Below, piece by piece: positions 20,488 to 29,489 of a DNA stretch of 42,859 nucleotides; position 1 is the stretch's first letter, and the number at the start of each line of letters is the position of its first letter. Source of the stretch: Nitrospirae bacterium CG2_30_53_67 (GTDB lineage Bacteria > CG2-30-53-67); the NCBI GenBank assembly GCA_001873285.1, contig MNYV01000035.1, positions 1 through 42,859 of the forward strand. Direction: 5' to 3'. The position numbers were made by a program, and so were the translations under genes. The notes under the pieces are model-generated. The model had not been told where the DNA came from and did not search any database. It saw only the letters and a list, made by a program, of their open reading frames with translations.

Positions 20488-21202
20488 GAAAAGGGCATAC
20501 CGCAGCTTCATGCAAGGCGCCGGCCTTGTCCAGTTCCATGTGATGGTCAAGGAGACCGACCTCTGGATCTCCGCCGACTCCGACCTTAAGGACTCGGCCC
20601 TCTCAATCGTCAGGCAATATCGCCGCCATCTCGAGCATTATATCCGGAATCATCCCGAATTCCTGACTACCCTTGAACCCCTGGACGTGGAACCGGAGGC
20701 CTTTGATCTGATTCAGGTCATGGCCACGGCCGGCAAGACCGCGGGCGTAGGCCCCATGGCCGCCGTAGCCGGCGCCATTGCCGAATTTGTGGGAAGGGAC
20801 CTTCTCAGGGAATCCAAAGAGCTGATCGTGGAGAACGGAGGGGACATCTTCCTCGCGTCCGCTGAGGAGCGGACGGTCTCCATCTTTGCAGGCCGTTCCT
20901 CTTTCAGCCGCCGGATCGGAATCCGGATTAAACATGACCAAACCCCTTTGGGGATCTGTACCTCCTCCGGGACCGTGGGGCACTCCCTCAGCTTCGGGAA
21001 GTGTGACGCCGTCACGGTTCTCTCCTCGTCTGCGGCCCTGGCCGATGCGGCCGCCACGGCTGCCGGAAATCGCGTGCAGAGCCCCCGGGATATCCAGAAG
21101 GGGCTCGATTTTCTTGCATCCATCCCCGGCGTGCAGGGCGGGCTCATCATTGCAGGAGAATCCATGGGGGTTTGGGGGGACGTGGAGCTTATGAAGCTAT
21201 AA
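20477..21202 (+). CDS. UPF0280 / ApbE-like family protein
   Basis: VGPMAAVAGAIAE, VENGGDIF, CTSSGTVGHSLSFG. Confidence 0.88.
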   Translation: MAYEKRAYRSFMQGAGLVQFHVMVKETDLWISADSDLKDSALSIVRQYRRHLEHYIRNHPEFLTTLEPLDVEPEAFDLIQVMATAGKTAGVGPMAAVAGAIAEFVGRDLLRESKELIVENGGDIFLASAEERTVSIFAGRSSFSRRIGIRIKHDQTPLGICTSSGTVGHSLSFGKCDAVTVLSSSAALADAAATAAGNRVQSPRDIQKGLDFLASIPGVQGGLIIAGESMGVWGDVELMKL

Positions 21203-21211
21203 GCGTCACCC

Positions 21212-21757
21212 TCAAATCCCATTCTTTTTATATCTTTGAACAAACCGCTCCCGCATCCGGTGAAAGATCTCCAGGGTCTCCCCGGAACGGTAGTCCGGAT
21301 AGGTATGATCAAACGGGCGGAAGCTCCCCCGGACAAAGCACAGGGTCACCTCGGCATAGATCCCATGGGCCAGATAGATCCTGTGGGAAAAATCCTTGGT
21401 CGTAGCCAGAACAATCCTCGATGCGTCGAGATACCCGGGGTCCAGATTGATCCGACGGAGAGGCTTCCCCTCTACTCTCCTCATATACCGTTCTTCGATC
21501 CGGTTGGTCTCGACCTTGATGCCGGCGATCCTGTCCGGCAGGATCAGGTCTTGAAAAAACAGAAACCTCCGGAAGATATTTTCGCCCAGCTCTTCAACAT
21601 AATAATCGGTGTGCCTCCAGGAGAGATCCGAAGTTTGATGAAGAATCGGGCCGAACGCAGTCTGAAGCAGCATGACTGCTTCGTCCATAAGGACGACATC
21701 CGAGGAGAGCATCCCGATAAAAAGCATGACCGGATGCGGTTTTCTTATCTTACCCAT
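21212..21757 (-). CDS. DUF4416 family protein
   Basis: TDYY.EELG, RRINLDPGYL, LATTKDFSHRIYL. Confidence 0.8.
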   Translation of the reverse strand: MGKIRKPHPVMLFIGMLSSDVVLMDEAVMLLQTAFGPILHQTSDLSWRHTDYYVEELGENIFRRFLFFQDLILPDRIAGIKVETNRIEERYMRRVEGKPLRRINLDPGYLDASRIVLATTKDFSHRIYLAHGIYAEVTLCFVRGSFRPFDHTYPDYRSGETLEIFHRMRERFVQRYKKNGI

Positions 21758-22050
21758 TCCCTTTTCACTCCTTCTTTCAATCTCGGATTGTAGAATTTCA
21801 TACCCACGGCAATACCTGTTTATCATACGGCAAAGAGAAGAGAGAATCAATCTTGAAGAAGGCCCTTCTGATCCATCCCTGGATTTACGACCGGCACGGC
21901 CGGCTTATGATTTTCTGAATCAAGCCTGACGGTCTTCCAGCCATCGTGACTCGGTTCAGCGGCCGTCTCTTGTTTCAGAAAAGCGCTTTACAAACCCGCA
22001 AAGGTTGATTACAATCCCGAACATATTCATAATCGGCATAGGAGGAAGGA

Positions 22051-22983
22051 ATGATCCGTCATATCTTGATTATCGGCTCAGGACCCGCAGGCTATACCGC
22101 GGCAATCTATAACGCGAGGGCTGATCTCGCACCCCTGCTGATAGAAGGACCCCAGCCCGGCGGGCAGCTGACCATCACCACCGAGGTAGAAAACTTTCCC
22201 GGTTTTTCCCAGGGGATCATGGGCCCTGAGTTGATGGAGGAGATGAAGAAACAGGCCCTCCGGTTCGGCGCCGAAATCATCTCCGCACAGGTCGAATCCG
22301 CGGACTTCTCAACCCGCCCTTTTATGATCCGGCTGGATAACCATGAGGAGATCCGGTCCAAGACGGTGATCATCGCCACCGGGGCCTCGGCCCGGCTGCT
22401 CGGAATTCCGAGCGAAAGACGTTTGATGGGCCGAGGGGTTTCGGCCTGCGCGACCTGTGACGGGTTCTTTTTCCGAGACAAAGAGATCACCGTGATCGGG
22501 GGCGGAGACACGGCCCTGGAAGAGGCCATCTTCCTTACCCGATTTGCGAGCAAGGTCACGGTCGTACACCGGAGAGATGAATTCCGGGCCTCGAGAATCA
22601 TGCAGGACCGGGCCTCGGCCAATAAAAAAATCCATTTCGTTTTGGACTCAGTGATCGAACAGATCCTCGGCGAGGACAAAGCACAGGTCACGGGACTCCG
22701 GATCAGAAATGTCAAGAGTGGAGAGGTCACGGACATCCCCTGCGAAGGGGTCTTCATCGCCATCGGGCATGCGCCCAACACCAAAGTCTTCCAGGGACAG
22801 ATCGAGCTCGATGCAAAGGGGTACATCGCTCTCAAGGGGAAAACGCGCACCAGCGTATCCGGTGTCTTCGCGGCAGGTGACGTGGTCGATCCGGTCTACA
22901 AGCAGGCCATCACCGCGGCGGGCATGGGGTGCATGGCCGCCCTGGATGCAGAGCGCTTTTTAACTGAGGAGGGAGAGACATGA
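22051..22983 (+). CDS. trxB: Thioredoxin-disulfide reductase
   Basis: [31 protein letters not shown]. Confidence 0.97.
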   Translation: MIRHILIIGSGPAGYTAAIYNARADLAPLLIEGPQPGGQLTITTEVENFPGFSQGIMGPELMEEMKKQALRFGAEIISAQVESADFSTRPFMIRLDNHEEIRSKTVIIATGASARLLGIPSERRLMGRGVSACATCDGFFFRDKEITVIGGGDTALEEAIFLTRFASKVTVVHRRDEFRASRIMQDRASANKKIHFVLDSVIEQILGEDKAQVTGLRIRNVKSGEVTDIPCEGVFIAIGHAPNTKVFQGQIELDAKGYIALKGKTRTSVSGVFAAGDVVDPVYKQAITAAGMGCMAALDAERFLTEEGET

Positions 22984-23438
22984 AAAATTTCAGCCGGCGG
23001 GAATTTATGGAAACGGGGATGGCGCTGACTGCAGGAACTTTGGCTCTCATGGAAGCACATCCTGCCTTCCCCCAGATGACTCAACCATCGCAGGAAGTCT
23101 ATCAGACCCTGAAAGACCCGAAGATCATTTCGGAACTGGAGATGAAGCACGTCCCCTTGATCGACGTCCCCGACCTGGTAAAAAAAATGGAGTCCTTCAA
23201 CCTCCATATCCGAATCGGCAGGGTCATCCACCCCATGGAAAAGCCGCACCATATCGAATGGATTCATGTCATGAAAAAGGGCGGCATCCCTCTGGCCGAG
23301 ATCAATCTCTCTTACGAGGGGGTCACCCCGTCCATTGTCCTGAATCTTGCTCTTTCAGAATCCACGGAGATCCATGTCAAGATCCTCTGCAATATCCACG
23401 GATACTGGATGGAGACCAAAAAGATTGAGGTGGTCTGA
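22980..23438 (+). CDS. Tat-exported class II superoxide reductase-like (neelaredoxin/SORL domain) protein
   Basis: Twin-Arg [26 protein letters not shown] Fe ligands. Confidence 0.85.
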   Translation: MKNFSRREFMETGMALTAGTLALMEAHPAFPQMTQPSQEVYQTLKDPKIISELEMKHVPLIDVPDLVKKMESFNLHIRIGRVIHPMEKPHHIEWIHVMKKGGIPLAEINLSYEGVTPSIVLNLALSESTEIHVKILCNIHGYWMETKKIEVV

Positions 23439-23552
23439 TCCCGAGGCGAGGTTTTTCTATATCAGAAAGACCCCGTGATGGAACCTATTTTGTAAAAATG
23501 AAAAAACAAATTTCTCCTTTTTCAAATTCTTTATTAAGGAGAGCGAAAAACC

Positions 23553-24524
23553 TTGAAGATCCTGGTCATGGGCGCTGGATCCATCGGAAGCGTGTTCGGC
23601 GGGTTTCTGGCCGAAGGCGGCCATGAAGTGACCCTGGTCGGGCGTCCCTGGCACATGGAGGCCATTCAGGCCAAAGGCCTGCACATCTCCGGGATCTGGG
23701 GCGATCATACGGTCACCAACCTGCGGACACTGAGTTCGCTACCAGACGAAGGGGGGCTCGATCTGGTCCTCCTCACGGTCAAGTCCTACCAGACCCGGGA
23801 GTCGGTTTCCGAACTTGACCGCCATATCCTGGATCCGGTTCCGATCCTCTCCCTGCAGAACGGTCTGGGAAACCTGGAGACCATTGCCGAAATCGTGGGC
23901 CCGGACAGGACCCTGGGGGGGCGGGTCATCTTCGGAGCGGAGATCCGCAATCCCGGCGAGGTTGCGGTCACGGTCTATGCAGACCGCGTCGTGGTGGGAC
24001 CCATGAGGGGGAGCCGGTTTCCTGCCCGGAAAACAGAAGAAATTGCGGCGGCCGTCGATGGGGCCGGAATCCCCTGCATGGCTACGCGGGAAATAGAACG
24101 GTATATCTGGGGCAAGGTGCTCTACAATGCGGCGCTGAACGCTCCTGCATCCATTCTTGAGATCAACTACGGAAAACTTCTTGAAAACGAATCTACAAAA
24201 GCGCTGATGCGGGAGATCATCGTGGAGGCCTTTGCCGTGGCCAATGCAGATCACATCACTCTGGACTGGCCCTCCCCGGAGGCCTATCTGGAGATTCTGT
24301 TTGACAGGCTGATCCCCCCGACCGCTTCTCATTTTCCTTCCATGCTCCAGGATATCCGCCATGGGAAAAAAACGGAGATTGATGCCATAAACGGCGCCAT
24401 TGCCCGCCTGGGTCAAAAACATGCGATACCCACGCCGGTCAATGAGACCCTATCCGGACTGGTTCGGTTCAAGGAGTCCGGCAGGAGGAATTTTTTCAGG
24501 GAATCAAAAAAACAAAATCAATGA
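23553..24524 (+). CDS. panE: 2-dehydropantoate 2-reductase
   Basis: GAGSIG, TVKSY, SLQNGLG, SMLQD..KTEIDAING. Confidence 0.92.
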   Translation: MKILVMGAGSIGSVFGGFLAEGGHEVTLVGRPWHMEAIQAKGLHISGIWGDHTVTNLRTLSSLPDEGGLDLVLLTVKSYQTRESVSELDRHILDPVPILSLQNGLGNLETIAEIVGPDRTLGGRVIFGAEIRNPGEVAVTVYADRVVVGPMRGSRFPARKTEEIAAAVDGAGIPCMATREIERYIWGKVLYNAALNAPASILEINYGKLLENESTKALMREIIVEAFAVANADHITLDWPSPEAYLEILFDRLIPPTASHFPSMLQDIRHGKKTEIDAINGAIARLGQKHAIPTPVNETLSGLVRFKESGRRNFFRESKKQNQ

Positions 24525-24871
24525 ACCATGCCCGATCCCCCCAGAGGGGGCATAGAGTGGGCGGTGTAATTAAAGCTGATCTTGTCCTGGGCGAGAACCT
24601 GGCGGACATACTGGAAGAACTGAAGGCTTTCCGGGCCGGGATTCTTTGTACAGAAGAGGGTAATCATCACATTCTCGGGTTGGATCCCGGGATATTCCCT
24701 GGCAAAGGCCGGATCCATGATGTAACCGTAGTAGGTATCGATCTTGGCTCTGAGCTGTCTGTGCATGGTCCGGACATCGGCCCACGGGCGGTCCTCCTGA
24801 ATAATCAGAACCAGCTTGTTATGGACCTCGTCCTTGGCCACATAATCAATGACTGAAGGGTCCGACATCAT
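24518..24871 (-). CDS. Hypothetical protein (DUF6572-like)
   Basis: VIDYVA..LVLIIQEDRPW...LRAKIDTY pattern; overlaps the MCP stop. Confidence 0.6.
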   Translation of the reverse strand: MMSDPSVIDYVAKDEVHNKLVLIIQEDRPWADVRTMHRQLRAKIDTYYGYIMDPAFAREYPGIQPENVMITLFCTKNPGPESLQFFQYVRQVLAQDKISFNYTAHSMPPLGGSGMVH

Positions 24872-26895
24872 GGCTGGATCTCCTTGACCTCTGAAGACAA
24901 GACATGAATCCCCTGAATAATGAGTTCGCTTTCCTGTTTCCTCTTTTCCGCTTCCATAAACAAAGCGTCCACCATGTCGGAGACCTGGGTCACCATCCGG
25001 TATACGGTCTGAAGCCCATCAGACTGGTCGGCAGTGGCTTTGGCCACATCCTCGGTAAGCTTTCTCATGTTCTCATTGGCCTGGGCGATGACACGGCTCC
25101 CCTGATTCTGTTCACCGATACTCTTAGTCATCTGCTGGATCATTTCCTTGACCCGGTCAAAAGCATGGGAGACCACCTCTGTGCTCTTGACCTGCTCACG
25201 AGCGGCCTGTTCAATTTTCTGTGTCATCTCCATGGAGTTGAGCGCCCGCTTCAATATCTTGTCCAGGGCATCGGCGGATCGGCGGGAAAGCTGGACACCG
25301 ACTTCAATATGGCTGGGAATGGACTGGATCATGGTGACGGCCTTACGAACCTCATCCTGTACCGATATGATCATGAGTTCAATCTCTTTGGATGAGGTCG
25401 CCGTCTGTTCTGAAAGGGCCCTGATCTCGTTGCTGACTACAGCAAAACTCTTCCCCTGTTCGCCGGCCTGGGCAGAAATGATGGATGCATTCAGCGCCAG
25501 GACATTGGTTTTTTCATTAATATGATTAATGACCTCTAAAAAATGCCCGATCTCTTCTGCTTTCCGGCCGAGTTTCCCCATGACTTCAACGGACTCCATG
25601 ACGATATCATGGATTTTCCCAATCCCCCGGATCGAGTCCTGTACCAAGGAGACCGCTTCATCGGCTTCCTTCTTGACCTGCTCGGAGAGAGAACTGGACT
25701 CCTTGGCGTGGGTTTCCACCTCCCGGATCGACTGGTTCATCTCCGTGGTGGAGGAAACGGTATTCTCCGCCTCTTCAAATAAGATCTTCACACCCAAAGC
25801 CACTTCATTCAGCGAACCGGACATCTCGTGCACAGAAGCGGATGTATTGTTGACCGTCTCTGAAAGTCCTTCGGTGCTCCTTGCAAGCTGCTGAATATGG
25901 GTTGATATCATCTCGGCCCGGTTTGAAAGTTCCTTGACGATCTTTGAAAACTGCCCTTTCTGATTGAGAAGTTCCGTGAAGTTCCGCCCCAATTCCCGGT
26001 GCAGCCCATGGATCCCTTGAAACAGAGAGATGTTGGTCAGGGCAATAGACCCCTGATCGGCAAGGATCTGCAGCGTCGAGAGGTTTTCGTCCCGAATCGG
26101 ATTTCTCCGGTACTTATTGTCCACCGCGATCAGGCCGATCGGTACGCCCCGCTCCCGGAGGGGGATGCAGGCAAAGGATTTGGACCGGAGTTCGGGGATC
26201 CGGTCAAACGGCGGTCCCAGACGAAAGTCGGGAGACATCTCTGATATATCTTGGATGAGATAGACCTTATTCTCCTGGATCGTCTTGATCAGGGCCCCCC
26301 TTTTTTCGGAAAGGGGAATCCGCAGGTTTCTCCAGCCTGTCCCCTGATGCCCTCTGGACTCCCTGCATTCGAGAACCTTTCTCTCCTGATCAAGCATGAA
26401 GATATTGATCCTGTCAAAGCTCAGGATTCGGTTCGCTCCCTCGGCGATCAGTTTCAAAACCTGGTCCTTGCTCAGGGTCCTTTGTATGTCGGCTCCGATC
26501 TGATACAGATTGGACATGTCGCTGCGGAGCTGTTTAAACCGGGATTCGAATTCCTTCTTCTGTTCTTCAATCTGACTTTGAACCCGGTGCAGTTGATCCG
26601 TTTTCTCTTCATTCCAGTCAAAGCCTCTGCCGACCAGATACCCGGTCACACTCATCACTAAAGAGGTTCCGAAGGTCATATACAGGTATAGAAAAACCTG
26701 CTGTGGTGAATACGTGATCTCATGAATCATGAAATCCGCTATGGAGAAACCCGGAGGACGGAAAAACAGGAGGAGTATAAAAAGCCAACCCAAAGGCGCT
26801 CCCAGTCCCATGATCACGCCGTTGATGGTATAGGAAATTCTCTTATATGGAGACCAGATCGAAAAAAGATCGTAGATATCCTTTGGTCTTGTCAT
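24868..26895 (-). CDS. Methyl-accepting chemotaxis protein with GAF domain
   Basis: Two TM helices, GAF (FACIPL...IGLIAVDN), MCP signalling TNVLALNASIISAQAGEQGKSFAVVSNEIRALS. Confidence 0.92.
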   Translation of the reverse strand: MTRPKDIYDLFSIWSPYKRISYTINGVIMGLGAPLGWLFILLLFFRPPGFSIADFMIHEITYSPQQVFLYLYMTFGTSLVMSVTGYLVGRGFDWNEEKTDQLHRVQSQIEEQKKEFESRFKQLRSDMSNLYQIGADIQRTLSKDQVLKLIAEGANRILSFDRINIFMLDQERKVLECRESRGHQGTGWRNLRIPLSEKRGALIKTIQENKVYLIQDISEMSPDFRLGPPFDRIPELRSKSFACIPLRERGVPIGLIAVDNKYRRNPIRDENLSTLQILADQGSIALTNISLFQGIHGLHRELGRNFTELLNQKGQFSKIVKELSNRAEMISTHIQQLARSTEGLSETVNNTSASVHEMSGSLNEVALGVKILFEEAENTVSSTTEMNQSIREVETHAKESSSLSEQVKKEADEAVSLVQDSIRGIGKIHDIVMESVEVMGKLGRKAEEIGHFLEVINHINEKTNVLALNASIISAQAGEQGKSFAVVSNEIRALSEQTATSSKEIELMIISVQDEVRKAVTMIQSIPSHIEVGVQLSRRSADALDKILKRALNSMEMTQKIEQAAREQVKSTEVVSHAFDRVKEMIQQMTKSIGEQNQGSRVIAQANENMRKLTEDVAKATADQSDGLQTVYRMVTQVSDMVDALFMEAEKRKQESELIIQGIHVLSSEVKEIQP

Positions 26896-27134
26896 ATCGT
26901 CTGCCCGATGACGCTATTGAAGATTTTTAAAATGTTTGGTTATCTTCTAAGTTGTTTATATACATTATAATTCAACTTTTTAAACATTCAAAGAATTATC
27001 TCGAACTTTCGGCCCTTATTTGGAATAAATAATTCTTTTGTCATGCTCTTCCTGAAACTCTCCGGAACCTCACCGGGCGATTCCGTGATTCCCCTATTCG
27101 ACTCTAATCGCATACTCATGGGTGTATAGAAGCA

Positions 27135-27163
27135 TTGACAAACTGACATAATTAATCTATAAT
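27135..27163 (+). promoter_or_regulatory. Sigma70 promoter for riboswitch-sqr
   Basis: TTGACA-17-TATAAT perfect consensus. Confidence 0.8.
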
Positions 27164-27210
27164 AAAACTATAAGTCAGACAAAATGATATTATAAGTTAA
27201 AATAGTATTA

Positions 27211-27293
27211 TATCCACCGATAAAGGCGACCCGTCACGGGGAGCAAAGCCATGGGCCGGAAAATAAAGGCATCCATGGCTGCCGAAGTGGATA
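27211..27293 (+). ncRNA. c-di-GMP-I (GEMM-I) riboswitch aptamer, shortened variant
   Basis: P1 tatccac/gtggata; cgataaaGGC...GCAAAGCC junction; P3 agccatgg/ccatggct; 3' gctgccga. Confidence 0.8.
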
Positions 27294-27303
27294 GGAAATC
27301 AGG

Positions 27304-27344
27304 AAGGCCTATCCATAGAATTTTAGATGGATAGGCCTTTTTTT
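27304..27344 (+). terminator. Riboswitch expression-platform terminator
   Basis: aaggcctatccat / atggataggcctt followed by T-run, upstream of the sqr start. Confidence 0.88.
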
Positions 27345-27384
27345 AATTTCGTTTTGATAACCGGCAGCAAAAGGAGAAAAGACC

Positions 27385-28641
27385 ATGAAACGACTTCTGA
27401 TCTTAGGGGCTGGCACAGCAGGAACCATGATGGCACACAAGATGCGCCGGAGACTCAAAGTCTCTGAATGGGACATCACCGTCATAGACAAAAGCGAAAA
27501 ACATTATTATCAACCGGGCCTGATTTTTGTTCCTTTCAAATTACACGGTTACACCGATGAAAAAGGAAGCGTGAAAAATACCAAGGATCTTCTCCCCAAG
27601 GACGTAAACTTTATAAATAAACCTATCACCCGACTCGACCCGGAAAATAACCGCGTGGAGACCGCAGATGAGTCGTTTGAGTATGATTGGCTGATCCTCG
27701 GCCTCGGCTGCAGGATCGCGCCGGAAGAGGTTCCGGGGCTTGAGGAAGGCTACGGCAAAAACGTATTTTATTACTATACCATGCCGTCAGCCCTGGATAT
27801 GCAGAAGGCCCTGGAGGATTTTGATGGAGGGAGGCTGGTCCTGAACATTGCAGAATATCCCATAAAGTGCCCGGTTGCGCCGATCGAGTTTATCTGCCTG
27901 GCCGACTACTTCTTTCACCTCAAAGGGATCCGCCATAAAGTGGACTTGGAAGTGGTCACCAGCGCGCAGGGAGTTTTTACCAAACCGGTGGCCGGACGTA
28001 TGCTGGGGGACATGTTCAAGGCAAAGGGGATCAAGGTAACCCCTAACTTCCCTGTGGCCGAGGTCCGTTCGGACCAGGGGAAGATCATCTCCCATGATGG
28101 GCAGGAGGTCCGTTTTGACTTCCTCGCCTCCATTCCGCCCAATGTGGGGGCGGAAGTCATCGATCAGGCCGGCATGGGAAATGGAAACGGCTATGCCCTC
28201 ACGCATCCGAACACCCTGAAATCCCAGAAGTACGACAACATCTATGTGATCGGCGACTGCACCAACGTCAATACCTCCAAGGCCGGATCCGTGGCCCACT
28301 TCGAGGCAGGAATCGTGGAGAGAAACCTCCTGAGGGAGATGGAAGGAAGGGCGCCGCTCCCGGATTTTGACGGGCACTCCAACTGTTTTATTGAAACCGG
28401 CTTCAAAAAGGCGCACTTGATTGATTTCAACTACAAGCAGGAGCCGATTCCCGGAAGATTCCCGCTCCCTACTTTCGGCCCCTTCTCATTGTTGAAAGAG
28501 ACACGGCTAAACCACATGGGAAAGCTCTTTTTCCGGTGGTTTTACTGGAATATGCTGCTGAGTGACTTGGTGGATCTGGAGATGATTATTCCTACGAGCA
28601 TGAGCTATCTCGGAAAGGATCTCTCATACGTAACAAAGTAG
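27385..28641 (+). CDS. sqr: Sulfide:quinone oxidoreductase (type III-like)
   Basis: GAGTAG, YQPG, IKCPVAPIE, IGDC, SKAG, GHSNCFIETG. Confidence 0.85.
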   Translation: MKRLLILGAGTAGTMMAHKMRRRLKVSEWDITVIDKSEKHYYQPGLIFVPFKLHGYTDEKGSVKNTKDLLPKDVNFINKPITRLDPENNRVETADESFEYDWLILGLGCRIAPEEVPGLEEGYGKNVFYYYTMPSALDMQKALEDFDGGRLVLNIAEYPIKCPVAPIEFICLADYFFHLKGIRHKVDLEVVTSAQGVFTKPVAGRMLGDMFKAKGIKVTPNFPVAEVRSDQGKIISHDGQEVRFDFLASIPPNVGAEVIDQAGMGNGNGYALTHPNTLKSQKYDNIYVIGDCTNVNTSKAGSVAHFEAGIVERNLLREMEGRAPLPDFDGHSNCFIETGFKKAHLIDFNYKQEPIPGRFPLPTFGPFSLLKETRLNHMGKLFFRWFYWNMLLSDLVDLEMIIPTSMSYLGKDLSYVTK

Positions 28642-28660
28642 TGCATGGCCTCTTGCACCA

Positions 28661-28838
28661 CAGGCCGGCAGACAAGAGGCCCGTTCCGGAGATATGACGA
28701 AGCATCGTTTGACCAGGCGCTGTCCTTGAAAAACATGCCTCCTTGCCCGGTATGTCTCAAAGCCTTTCTTGAAATCATGGATGGCGCATGAGACGCATCG
28801 GCATATCTCCGGGACGGGCCGCAGAGTCTGCCGGCCTG
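28661..28838. mobile_element. MITE-like long inverted-repeat element 2
   Basis: caggccggcagac..ggcccgttccggagatatg (28661-28696) pairs with catatctccgggacgggcc..gtctgccggcctg (28802-28838). Confidence 0.65.
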
Positions 28839-28957
28839 CCCTCCCTATTCAATTGAACCTCATCGAATATCCTTTTCTGGACGGCAGATCCAAAATATGA
28901 AATACTCATGAACCGTCTTCATCCGATCGGTTTTTTTCTCTCATTAGTTTTTTCAAC

Positions 28958-29011
28958 TTGACAGCCGGAAAAACTTGGTTATAATTAAGACAAATTGGAC
29001 ACTTTTTGTCC
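28958..29011 (+). promoter_or_regulatory. Sigma70 promoter of rrf2-iscS-iscU with putative Rrf2 operator
   Basis: TTGACA-16-TATAAT overlapping tataattaagacaaattg and agacaaa...tttgtcc dyad. Confidence 0.65.
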
Positions 29012-29029
29012 TGTGTTCAGGGAGATTTT

Positions 29030-29449
29030 ATGAAACTCACACGGGCTGGAGAATATGGCATACGAGGAATGCTTTACCTGGCCATGCAGCCCAAGGATCG
29101 GGTGACGCTTCTCAGTGATATCTCCAATACCCAGAATATTCCTGAAAGTTATTTATCAAAAATTTTTCAGATACTGACCAAGGCCGGGCTCGTCCGATCC
29201 CACCGCGGGTTTAAAGGGGGATATACCCTTGGGCTCCCTCCGGAAGAGATCACGATCAAAGATATCATCGAAGGAATTGAAGGCCCCATTGCGCTAAACC
29301 GCTGTGCCATGGAAGAGAGCCTGTGCAGTGAGGACACCGGCTGCCGGATTCAGGATGTCTGGAAAGATGCTCAAAACGCCATGGTCGGCGTCCTCGCAGG
29401 GACTACCCTTGCGAATTTGGTGGAAAAGTCGTTGTCCGGAGGGTCATAA
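29030..29449 (+). CDS. Rrf2 family transcriptional regulator (IscR/NsrR-like, 3 Cys)
   Basis: MKLTRAGEYGIR, YLSKIFQIL, SHRGFKGGY, C..C..C tail. Confidence 0.92.
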   Translation: MKLTRAGEYGIRGMLYLAMQPKDRVTLLSDISNTQNIPESYLSKIFQILTKAGLVRSHRGFKGGYTLGLPPEEITIKDIIEGIEGPIALNRCAMEESLCSEDTGCRIQDVWKDAQNAMVGVLAGTTLANLVEKSLSGGS

Positions 29450-29489
29450 AGATCTCAAAAGAGGTCTTTCTCAGCAAAAGGAGCGCGCC

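Noticed and set aside
26894..26920. Sigma28-like motif TCAA-N15-GACGATAT on the minus strand before the MCP
   Set aside because: Its -10 box overlaps the predicted start codon; cannot be supported without TSS data
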